Assembly: GCA_965263295.1 (NCBI GenBank)
Contig: OZ253665.1
Location: forward strand, 1,760,001-1,824,000
Direction: 5' to 3'
Source of the DNA: Spirochaetia bacterium
GTDB lineage: Bacteria; Spirochaetota; Spirochaetia; SP-2023
DNA: 64,000 nucleotides
Position 1 is the stretch's first letter; each line of letters begins with the position of its first letter. A program made the position numbers and the translations under genes. This document shows positions 50,634-59,107 of the stretch, piece by piece. The notes beneath the pieces are model-generated. The model worked only from the letters and a program-made list of their open reading frames with translations. It had not been told where the DNA came from and made no database searches.

Positions 50634-50662
50634 TTGACTTACTAAAGCTTTTGCTTCATAAT
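50634..50662 (+). promoter_or_regulatory. Putative sigma70 promoter of the DRTGG gene
   Basis: TTGACT-17 nt-CATAAT. Confidence 0.5.
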
Positions 50663-50705
50663 TTGACGGTATTTTAAATAAGAAATTGTAATCTGCTCTG
50701 TATGA

Positions 50706-51059
50706 TTGAAAGCCAATTTGGAAATTATTGAGATTCAAAAATTAATTAACGCCCAGATGCTCTGCGGCGAACCCACGGGTGTCAACTACCTCTACGCCTT
50801 CTGCTCGGATCTAATGAGTGACGTCCTGACCAGTTATGCCGAACACGCCTTGCTAGTCACAGGATTAATCAGCGCACAAACCATACGCACAGCCGAAATG
50901 GCCGACATCAGTTGCATTATTTTTGCCCGCAATAAAGCCGTTCCCCCTGATATGCTGGCTCTGGCCCAGCAAACAGAAATAACTTTGCTACAAAGTTCAT
51001 ACACCGTATTCGAGATCTGTGGCAAGCTATATCAAGCAGGTATTCGCCCGGTATACTGA
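50706..51059 (+). CDS. DRTGG-domain protein
   Basis: SDLMSDVL...LLVTGL..QTIRTAEMADI..IIF.R.K...FEICGKLYQAG; TTG start uncertain (50706 or 50718). Confidence 0.85.
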   Translation: MKANLEIIEIQKLINAQMLCGEPTGVNYLYAFCSDLMSDVLTSYAEHALLVTGLISAQTIRTAEMADISCIIFARNKAVPPDMLALAQQTEITLLQSSYTVFEICGKLYQAGIRPVY

Positions 51060-51407
51060 CACAGCCAACTCATAAATTCACAGTTGATGGAGAAAAAACA
51101 ATACAACTGTATAAAAATCCAAACTGTTACCGTGTGGGCGGCGGGCATGTTTTGCCGGTTTTGAGCCTTTTCTGCTTTGACTGTTAAAACAACTGCGGCA
51201 AGCGCAATAAACCATTCAAAACAAATGCAAAATTCCACAAATTTTCTGCAAAATTTCTCCAGAATTACACGCGCAACTTTTGTGTGCCAATCCTGCTTTT
51301 TCATTCTTCACGCTCTCCACAAACAAAGGCCGCATGAGTTGCCTGCTTGAGGGACTGGAGGCCCTAAAAACATTCAACTTATTTATTGGAGCATCCCGAT
51401 AATTTAA

Positions 51408-51436
51408 TTGACTTTTACTATCTATTTCATTATATT
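51408..51436 (+). promoter_or_regulatory. Putative sigma70 promoter of the Prx-Grx gene
   Basis: TTGACT-17 nt-TATATT. Confidence 0.55.
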
Positions 51437-51491
51437 TTTTGCTTGTAATTACTACATTTTACCAATGTAAAATAATACAAAGGAGTTTCTT

Positions 51492-52235
51492 ATGCTAAGC
51501 AATAAAGAAGGCCAAACAATTCCCCAAATCACATTCCATGTGCGCCGTGAAGACACATGGCAAGATGTCAGCACGGATGATTTATTCAAAGGCAAAAAAG
51601 TCATTGTTTTTAGTTTGCCAGGTGCTTTTACCCCGACCTGTTCCTCTAGTCACCTGCCGCGTTATAACGAGCTGTTTCCCACTTTCCAAAAATATGGTAT
51701 CGACTCAATCCTCTGCGTTTCTGTCAACGATACCTTCGTAATGAACGCCTGGAAGGCCGATCTGGATGCCCAGCATATTGATGTAATTCCCGACGGTAAT
51801 GGCGAATTCACCGCTGCCATGGGCATGCTCGTCGATAAAAACGACTTGGGTTTTGGCAAACGCTCCTGGCGCTACAGCATGCTCGTCAAAAACGGCGTAA
51901 TCGACAAGATGTTTATCGAGCCTGAAGAACCGGGTGACCCATTTAAGGTGTCAGATGCCGATAGTATGCTGCATTATATTGCCCCTGAGCACAAGGCTCA
52001 GCAATCCATCGCTGTGTTTACGCGTCCCGGCTGCCCTTATTGTGGCAAGGCCAAACAGGCTTTAGGCGAACGCGGCCTCCAATATGAAGAAATCATCTTG
52101 GGCCAGGACGTATCCGTCGTGAGTCTGCGCGCCATTGCGCAGCAAACCAGTACGCCCCAGGTTTTCATCGGTGGCAAACTCATTGGTGGCAGCGAAGAAC
52201 TGGCCTCCTACTTGGCCGCGAATACCGAAATCTAA
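51492..52235 (+). CDS. Hybrid peroxiredoxin-glutaredoxin (Prx5/PGdx type)
   Basis: SLPGAFTPTCSSSHLP, SVNDTFVMNAW, GFGKRSWRYSM, then a Grx domain with CPYC, TPQVFIGG, IGGS. Confidence 0.95.
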   Translation: MLSNKEGQTIPQITFHVRREDTWQDVSTDDLFKGKKVIVFSLPGAFTPTCSSSHLPRYNELFPTFQKYGIDSILCVSVNDTFVMNAWKADLDAQHIDVIPDGNGEFTAAMGMLVDKNDLGFGKRSWRYSMLVKNGVIDKMFIEPEEPGDPFKVSDADSMLHYIAPEHKAQQSIAVFTRPGCPYCGKAKQALGERGLQYEEIILGQDVSVVSLRAIAQQTSTPQVFIGGKLIGGSEELASYLAANTEI

Positions 52236-52251
52236 AACGTATTTTCGCGAC

Positions 52252-52280
52252 AAAAAAGAGTCTCGAAAGAGGCTCTTTTT
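52252..52280 (+). terminator. Rho-independent terminator
   Basis: aaaaaagagtctc-GAAA-gaggctcttttt just after the Prx-Grx stop. Confidence 0.85.
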
Positions 52281-52370
52281 CATACTAGGATTCAGTAACG
52301 GCTTAATGTGCCGCCTCTGCCGGCACCTTGAAAGATTTTACGTTTCTGCATCTACTTCTTTTATATAGAA

Positions 52371-52610
52371 CTAAATTGAAGAGGGGCAACCTTCAACAAG
52401 CCCAACACAATCATTCAAGATTTTAGAACCAAAGCTGGTCAATTTACCAGATTGATTTAAAACCTCAGTAGTCTGACGGAATTTTTCTTTGAAAGCGGTG
52501 TGATTGTTGGCTTCGTTATAGTGACTCTGAACCTCACTGGATTCCAACAAACCAGAGCAAACTAAAGCATCAAATGCGTAGATGGTGCGAGCGAACACAA
52601 AATTAGTCGA
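52371..52610 (-). pseudogene. C-terminal remnant resembling HExxH-type (aKG-HExxH) peptide-modifying proteins
   Basis: NFVFARTIYAFDALVCSGLL...F..TTEVLNQSGKLTSFGSKILNDC matches my recollection of the family C-terminus; the HExxH motif itself is absent. Confidence 0.5.
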
Positions 52611-52692
52611 TCGGTCGGATAATGACGCTGATTCATGCAGAAATTAAAGAGAGCATCAAGTATTTGGTGGCAGGTATTCAGTCCAGAACAAT

Positions 52693-53964
52693 CTAATCCT
52701 CAAACGCTGCTGGGTATCTGTTTGTATACAGTTGATCTAGCTCTCTGTTCGACAACTTTAGAATATCTAGGGTGTGGGTCGAAAGAAGTGGCAGAATAGA
52801 TGTTGCCGTAATGAGCAGGCCCATGGCCATTAATACCCAATCAAGTTGGGCGCCATTTGCTAGATGAATTAAATATCCAAAAAATTGACTCCCCAATGGG
52901 ATTGTCGCGATACATAGAAAAAAAATTGCGCCCTCTAGCCGTGCTCTATGCGAGTCTGGCGCGGCAAACGCACGAACGCCATGAAAAGCAACATTGTCAG
53001 ACGTCAAACCAAAGCCGGCGACACTCAAGCACAGAGCCTTTAGTGGAATAGCCTCAAACAGTGAGAAGCCAATGACACCAAGCCCCATCAGGATGTCTCC
53101 CACCACTATTGGATAAATGCGCCGGTGGGTATTGAAGTCAACACGAGATAGGACCGTTGCGCCTAACAACATGCCCACAGCAAACGTCGCTTCAAAAACC
53201 GCTAGAACTTTGGCATCGGCATGCAGCTCTTCGACAACATAAAAAGGGATCACAACCATGAATAAGGGGGTGAGGACGAAGTTAATTATCATCGCTGCAT
53301 AGCACATGACCCTTTCGCAATTGATGTGATACAGAATTTTAAATCCTGCTATCATTCGCTTAAAGAAGACAGGCTCGTCATGCTGGACAGGACAACTTTC
53401 TCGCTCAGGTTCTTCTATATGCACAAAAATTAGCAACGATAGGGATACGACGTATAGTCCAAGAACCAATACACCAGCCAGTGTGACTCCGAAAAATGCG
53501 ATCAGGCTGCCGCCGAGCAACGCGCCAATGATAGTTTGAAGAGAGTTGAAAGTCGAGGCCAAGCCTATCGCCCTGGTTAATTGCGATCTTTCAGCAATAA
53601 AAGGGATGACACTGTTAATGCTGCTAGAGGTAATTGAGTTTGTAGCTGCAAGCACTGAGGCACATACCGACATTAAGACTAACGAACTATCATGATAAAT
53701 GAGATTGCCGACAAATAAAATAGTAAAGGTAATGGATAGAACAGCCCCCACGATTAGTACAGAGCGTTTTCGATACTTGTCCAAAAAGTCCCCTGAGAAG
53801 GGTAAGGATACGAGATTAAATGCCCACATTAGTGCGACAACCAATCCAAGCGCCACACTGTTGTTCTCAGAGTTGGCGATCACAGACCAAATTAAAATAA
53901 TGTTAAAGCTTCGAAATGCTAGCAGACCGATAGCACTGGATAACAGAAAATTAATCAAGCTCAT
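52693..53964 (-). CDS. MFS transporter (exporter type)
   Basis: ~12 TM segments, motif A PFSGDFLDKYRKR; GAGGAG RBS before ATG 53964, overlapping the upstream ORF end. Confidence 0.88.
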   Translation of the reverse strand: MSLINFLLSSAIGLLAFRSFNIILIWSVIANSENNSVALGLVVALMWAFNLVSLPFSGDFLDKYRKRSVLIVGAVLSITFTILFVGNLIYHDSSLVLMSVCASVLAATNSITSSSINSVIPFIAERSQLTRAIGLASTFNSLQTIIGALLGGSLIAFFGVTLAGVLVLGLYVVSLSLLIFVHIEEPERESCPVQHDEPVFFKRMIAGFKILYHINCERVMCYAAMIINFVLTPLFMVVIPFYVVEELHADAKVLAVFEATFAVGMLLGATVLSRVDFNTHRRIYPIVVGDILMGLGVIGFSLFEAIPLKALCLSVAGFGLTSDNVAFHGVRAFAAPDSHRARLEGAIFFLCIATIPLGSQFFGYLIHLANGAQLDWVLMAMGLLITATSILPLLSTHTLDILKLSNRELDQLYTNRYPAAFED

Positions 53965-54480
53965 GCGACATATACTCCTCGAAAAAAGATTTATACTTTG
54001 TGCTATCCGTTTTAGATTTAACGAGACAGTGAAGTGCCAAGTCGTACGAGCCGTAAACATCGTGAGCAATTTGGGCAATTTTTAAATACTCATCCTTGGC
54101 AAGCTCTTGTGTAAGGCAGTCTTTTATAAAGATGGCATGGGACCACATCCACTGATTCAATGTATCGTAAGGGTCATTCGGATTTAATGCCGGATTAAAA
54201 AAACGCGAGCCATAGCCAGTGAAAGTATGAAATATAAATCCTTTTTTGCGCAAAAGTATCTCAATTTCAGAAAACAGCGGTTGCCCTTCATATTGTTGAA
54301 GAAACTCTACTTCAATTTCAATGACAAGAGCATTATCAAAGTAACGAGAGCCATATTGGATGGCATATATATCGGATGCTTGAATGTCGGATTTGATGAA
54401 CTCTGGTTGCGCAGGCAAATCTATTGTCAAGTTCTTTAACTGAATCGGTGTAAATTTTTCTCGCCTCAGATATCTGCTCC
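53951..54480 (-). pseudogene. 5'-truncated FkbM-family methyltransferase
   Basis: FIKSDIQASD...IEVEFLQQYEGQPLFSEIEILLRKKGF is the FkbM C-terminal half; the SAM-binding N-half is missing and there is an apparent frameshift near 54425. Confidence 0.7.
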
Positions 54481-54568
54481 GTTGTAGTGAAAATTGCAGG
54501 GGCTAAAGTCCGCTCAATTGTTGTTTACGCACAGCGACCTTCATATTGATTAAATCCTTCCACACGGC

Positions 54569-55663
54569 CTAGTTGCGCCTATGCCAGAGAAGCCACACGA
54601 AAAATACGCCACCAATCAGTCCGGTAACGATACCAATGGGCATATCTTCGGGTGCCATGATCGTTCGGGCGGCGATATCCGCCCAAAGGAGGAATATGGC
54701 ACCAATCAAAGCCGAGCCAAGTAGAACGCGAAGACTGTCGCCGCCAACTAGCATTCGAACGATGTGGGGCACCATGAGCCCCACAAATCCGATGACCCCA
54801 GAAAAAGCGACCATGACACCCGTAATCAGCGCTCCGACAACCAAGGTTACAAAACGGAAGCGGGCAATTGGAATGCCCAGCGTCGACGCCGTCTCATCAC
54901 CAAGAGTCATTGCATTCAAAGCGGATGCTCGCGCGATCAACCAGGTGCCACAGCACACGAGGATGGCCAACGGATAGATCAGGTGGCTCCATTGTGCCAA
55001 ACCAAGCCCGCCGAGCATCCAAAATACAACGCTGGTGGTGGCACGTGGGTCGCCCAGAAAGATCAAGGCATTGGCACCAGCCATGATGATGAAGGACACC
55101 GCAACGCCTGCCAGCACAAGACGGTCCGCACTTGTGGCATCGGCAAGGCGCGACACGCCAAGAACGATGGCGGTTGCCCCCAAAGCGCCAAGAAAGGCAA
55201 AAAGAGGAACGGTCAACAGACCGATGAAGAGTCCAGTGTGCAGAAGCGCCAGAATTGCCCCAAACGCAGCGCCCGAAGAGATACCCAAGAGGTGAGGATC
55301 GGCCAGTGGATTTCGCGTGACCGCCTGCAAACTAGCTCCAACCAAGGCTAATCCTGCCCCGACCATCATGGCCAACAAAGCGCGCGGAAAGCGGATTTCC
55401 CAAACGATGGCTGCGCGACCTCGCGACCAAGTCTGTTCAATCAGGCCGGGGGACAATTTATTGATCAAGATGCCCCAAACCGTTCTAAACGGAATATGAA
55501 CGGCCCCGACTGAAATCGCGAGGGAGAGCGAGACCAAAAGTAGCGTCAAACCTCCCAAAATGAACAGGGTTATTCCCTTGTCACTGCCGGCGAAAGTTTG
55601 GGTTCTCGTGGCCGCGCTGCTATAAGCTCCGGTGAAAGTTTGCGTGCTCGTGGTCTCGCTCAT
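54569..55663 (-). CDS. FecCD/BtuC-family ABC permease
   Basis: IVWEIRFPR, LQAVTRNPLADPHLLGISSGA, FWMLGGL, IGFVGLMVPH; start MSETTS. Confidence 0.93.
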   Translation of the reverse strand: MSETTSTQTFTGAYSSAATRTQTFAGSDKGITLFILGGLTLLLVSLSLAISVGAVHIPFRTVWGILINKLSPGLIEQTWSRGRAAIVWEIRFPRALLAMMVGAGLALVGASLQAVTRNPLADPHLLGISSGAAFGAILALLHTGLFIGLLTVPLFAFLGALGATAIVLGVSRLADATSADRLVLAGVAVSFIIMAGANALIFLGDPRATTSVVFWMLGGLGLAQWSHLIYPLAILVCCGTWLIARASALNAMTLGDETASTLGIPIARFRFVTLVVGALITGVMVAFSGVIGFVGLMVPHIVRMLVGGDSLRVLLGSALIGAIFLLWADIAARTIMAPEDMPIGIVTGLIGGVFFVWLLWHRRN

Positions 55664-55667
55664 GTGC

Positions 55668-56612
55668 TTACTCGCCCCGGAAGGCTTTGGCCAGTTTCTT
55701 GACGGCTTGGATGTTGCGTGGTCCGGGCGTGGCTTCGACATATTCGAGCGTGACGAACCGGTCGTTTTTCACGGCGTCGAGATCGGCAAAAGCCGGGTTT
55801 GACAGCATAAAGTCGCGCTTTTGCTCTGCGCTCACCTTGCCATAGTTAACGATGATCACGAACTGCGGATTCCGTTCAACGACCTCTTCCCAGGTCACGG
55901 TGGCCCAGCTTTTTTCGAGGTCATCCATGACATTGCGTCCACCAGCAGCTTCAATCAGCGCGGTTGGCATGGCATAGCGTCCCGCGGTAAAGGGAGCGTT
56001 TTCACCACTGTCATAGACAAAGACGCGAAGCGGTTCGCCGGTCTCGCGTCCCTCAATGAAGGCGGCGAGATCGGCGCGGTAGCCCTCAACAAGTTCTTTG
56101 GCGCGGTCTTCGACATCGAAGATCCGGCCGAGATTCAGCAGGTCATTGTACATATCCTCAATGCTGGCCTTGTCCTTGTCCGTGATGTGGATGCAGGATT
56201 CGGTGAGTTCGTAGACCTTGATGCCGAAGGGTTCCAGCGTCTCGGGCGTGACATCGCCACCGACTTTCATCCCATAGTTCCATCCGGCGAAGAAGAAATC
56301 AGCATCTGCACCGACGAGCACCTCTTTGGATGGGTATTTCGCCGATAATTCAGGCAGTTCCTCGACTCCCGACCGCATCTCCTCGTCAAGAGTTTTCCAG
56401 CCGGAAATACCCGTGTAACCCACCATACGGTCAGCCAAACCGAGAACCAACATCATCTCGGTCAAATTCACATCGTGCGAAACGGCTCGTTCTGGGGGGC
56501 CATCGAAAGTCACGATGCGATCGCAGCTTTTTACTGTGGTTTCGGCAAAGGCGAAGCCCGCAGACATGATGAGAGTGATGGCGACTAATAGTGTTTTTAA
56601 TGTTTTTTGCAT
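55668..56612 (-). CDS. Iron-siderophore/cobalamin ABC substrate-binding protein
   Basis: Signal peptide AFA-E, PPERAVS, LVLGLADRMVG, AAGGRNV, AVKNDRF. Confidence 0.9.
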   Translation of the reverse strand: MQKTLKTLLVAITLIMSAGFAFAETTVKSCDRIVTFDGPPERAVSHDVNLTEMMLVLGLADRMVGYTGISGWKTLDEEMRSGVEELPELSAKYPSKEVLVGADADFFFAGWNYGMKVGGDVTPETLEPFGIKVYELTESCIHITDKDKASIEDMYNDLLNLGRIFDVEDRAKELVEGYRADLAAFIEGRETGEPLRVFVYDSGENAPFTAGRYAMPTALIEAAGGRNVMDDLEKSWATVTWEEVVERNPQFVIIVNYGKVSAEQKRDFMLSNPAFADLDAVKNDRFVTLEYVEATPGPRNIQAVKKLAKAFRGE

Positions 56613-56628
56613 AGTTGCTTTCCTTATC

Positions 56629-57414
56629 TTAGTTATGAAGGTGAAAAGTGAGGTGATGAGTGTTGCTGGGGGCGAGACGTTCGCGGCGGGCGTTCACTTG
56701 GAAAGCGTCAGACACGGCAGCCTCGGTCAGCACATCCAAGGGCGGACCAAACCCGATGGGCCGTCCCGATTCCAGCAGGAGGACATCGTCACAGACCCCT
56801 GAGGCCAGGTTCAGGTCATGAAGCGACGTGACAATCGTCAGCGGAAGGTTACGGATCAGGTCCAGAATTTCAAGTTGATGACGAATATCGAGGTGATTTG
56901 TCGGCTCATCTAGGATCAAAAGACGGGGCTGCTGCGCCAAGGCACGGGCCACCATGACACGCTGGCGTTCACCGCCAGACAGCGTTCCGAGATGGCGGTC
57001 AGCCAACCCTTGCAGATTCAGCCGATCCAAGGCGTCATGGATGATTTCCTTGTCATGCGCGCTGGCTGTTACGGCAAACCCTCGACGGTGCGGGGTTCTT
57101 CCAAGAGCCACAATCTCACCAACCGTGAGTGCAAAATCACTTGGTTGCTCCTGTAAGACGGCGGCGATCTTTCGCGCGGCCTCGCGGGTGGAGATACCCC
57201 ATATGTCTTGGCCATCGACACAAACGGTGCCGGTAACCGGTCGATAAAACCGGTAAAGCAAACGGAGTAGCGTCGTTTTTCCCGCACCATTGGAGCCGAC
57301 AATGCCGAGAATATATCCGGCTTTCAGATCAAATTTAGTTTTATGCAACAGCATTTCACGACTACGTTTTGGCGACCATGAAATATCGTGTACTGAAAGG
57401 CTGGCAGCGGTCAT
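56629..57414 (-). CDS. Iron/cobalamin ABC ATP-binding protein
   Basis: GSNGAGKTT, LSGGERQR, LDEPTNHLD, LHDLNLA; AAGGAG RBS before ATG 57414. Confidence 0.93.
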   Translation of the reverse strand: MTAASLSVHDISWSPKRSREMLLHKTKFDLKAGYILGIVGSNGAGKTTLLRLLYRFYRPVTGTVCVDGQDIWGISTREAARKIAAVLQEQPSDFALTVGEIVALGRTPHRRGFAVTASAHDKEIIHDALDRLNLQGLADRHLGTLSGGERQRVMVARALAQQPRLLILDEPTNHLDIRHQLEILDLIRNLPLTIVTSLHDLNLASGVCDDVLLLESGRPIGFGPPLDVLTEAAVSDAFQVNARRERLAPSNTHHLTFHLHN

Positions 57415-57928
57415 GATAACTAAGGTTCTCCTTCTCAATAGCTCGGTATCATGGACGGGCCCGACGCCAGGATGGGCACAAGTTCGGGCTGTCTGCCAAA
57501 CACGCCGGGTCCAATGTGATAAAGCTCCAGATAAAAACGGTAATCGCCGTTGCGACCGTGGCCGATGATCGGATTGGAGCGACCGCATGCGGCGACAAAA
57601 GAAAGGCCGAAAAAAGATGGGGCCGCATAGGCAGACAGCAGAAGTGCTGGTAGTGTGGAAATTCTCATGAGCCAACTCCTTTCATAAGAAATTTAATCTA
57701 TCTTTACATACTAAATAACATGTAAAATAATCATATATTCACTATTGAATAAAAAATATCTATAGCATTATAAAAATATAGCAGAAAAATTGTCAATATT
57801 GATAAAGATATATTTATTATATTAATTAATGTTTAATCATTTATTATAAACTTTATTCTATTACGAGTATTTATTTATAGTTCTATCAAAATAATTTGAC
57901 ATGATTTACATGCTGCTTGAACAGCTCA

Positions 57929-58067
57929 TCAGTCGTCAGGAAATTCTCCGACGTCTTTAAGTAGAGCATTTTCATCAATTTTCGTTGCCAATTTGTTTCA
58001 GTTTGGCAAAAATTCATCTTATACACCCAACAAACTAATGTTCGAATACCGATACCAAAATGAGCGC
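57929..58067 (-). mobile_element. IS630-family transposase HTH remnant
   Basis: Across one frameshift reads AHFGIGIRTLVCW...NKLATKIDENALLKDVGEFPDD*, similar to the IS630 N-terminal pattern FG.G...V.RW...RNKPATKID..AL..DV..YPD. Confidence 0.6.
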
Positions 58068-58069
58068 TA

Positions 58070-58600
58070 GGCTCAGGACCCATTGACTTCAAGAGAACAA
58101 AGTAAAATATCTCTAAATTGAACCTTCCCATGAACAATCTATTCTGGTTGAGCTATGAGCAGATGTCGCGTCTTAAACTCCATTTACCAAAGTCAGGTTG
58201 TCCCAGGGTCGATGACAAAAGTCTCATGAGCCTTATTATCTTCATGATTCGCAATGGTTCGCGCTGCTGCGATGTACCGCCTGAATACGGCCCCTTAAAC
58301 ACTTTACAACCGTTTTGTGCACTGGTCAAAAAACGGTGTTTTCAAGTAAATCTTTGAAAAACTGGTCAAGTGCTACACAGACAGACCGAAATGCTGACGA
58401 TTGATGTCACTCATCTCAAGGCATATCGCATGGCATCAAGCCTCAAAAAAGAGGGGGCGAGTCACGCTTTGATCGGGTTTACCATTCAACCCAATCTCTA
58501 AAGGGAGGTATGAATAGCAAATTGCATATTCTGAGCGATGGTGCAAGGCGCCCGCTCTGGCTGCTCTAACAGAAGGCAGAAAAGTGATTTCGAAGGTGCG
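58070..58600 (+). mobile_element. Degenerate IS5-family element (left end plus transposase pseudogene)
   Basis: TA|GGCTCAGGACCCATTGA left end; MNNLFWLS.EQM.RL...PKS..PRVDD...EYGP..TL; IDVTHLKAYRMASSL; AAAAAAGAGGGGG frameshift-like run; SDFEGA; multiple stops and frameshifts; no right end found. Confidence 0.85.
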
Positions 58601-58843
58601 AACGCATGATTTCTGCCAGGAGAAGCTGGCTATTTCTTCGGCCATCTCCACAATTTGCATTGCCAATTGCGCACCTTGCACATTCTCTTCGTTAAAGGGG
58701 GGCTCAACTCTATAGATTTTACGTGCCAGCCACCCCCAAAGCTCTCGTACCGTTACTCTTCTTCTTTATTATAACCTGTGAATAAAATCGGTGGATTTTT
58801 TGTGAATTTACTCTTTGTAGATGTAACTGAGCTGAGCGAAATA

Positions 58844-58858
58844 TCAAGTAATACTTGA
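58844..58858. promoter_or_regulatory. Palindromic candidate operator overlapping a -35 box upstream of tolC
   Basis: tcaagta-a-tacttga, overlapping TTGACT at 58855. Confidence 0.4.
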
Positions 58859-59107
58859 CTTATAAAAAATATATTTATATTTTGGGAATAGCCATTCAGG
58901 ATATAACAACCAATATAACTCAGCAGAGGCTTGTTTGGCTCTGGTTTTCTAGGCTTGCGGGATAATATATAAATTTGCCAAATATTTGAGAGTGAAAGTT
59001 CTTGAAGCGTCTGTTTGGTGGTCTTTGCTCGCCGCTTATGCCGCTAGAGCCTTGCCTTTCTGAAAATCTTTATTTATGTAAATGGCTAGAAAATTGGGGA
59101 TTATTTA

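Noticed and set aside
51032..51304. 90-aa minus-strand ORF between the DRTGG and Prx-Grx genes
   Set aside because: Overlaps the DRTGG gene end, no recognisable family; insufficient support
51395..51440. OxyR site upstream of the Prx-Grx gene
   Set aside because: Only a loose match to ATAG-N7-CTAT in AT-rich sequence
57415..57700. Cobalamin riboswitch, or an 87-aa N-terminal extension of the ABC ATPase
   Set aside because: No B12-box motifs; a good RBS precedes ATG 57414, so the extension is probably spurious
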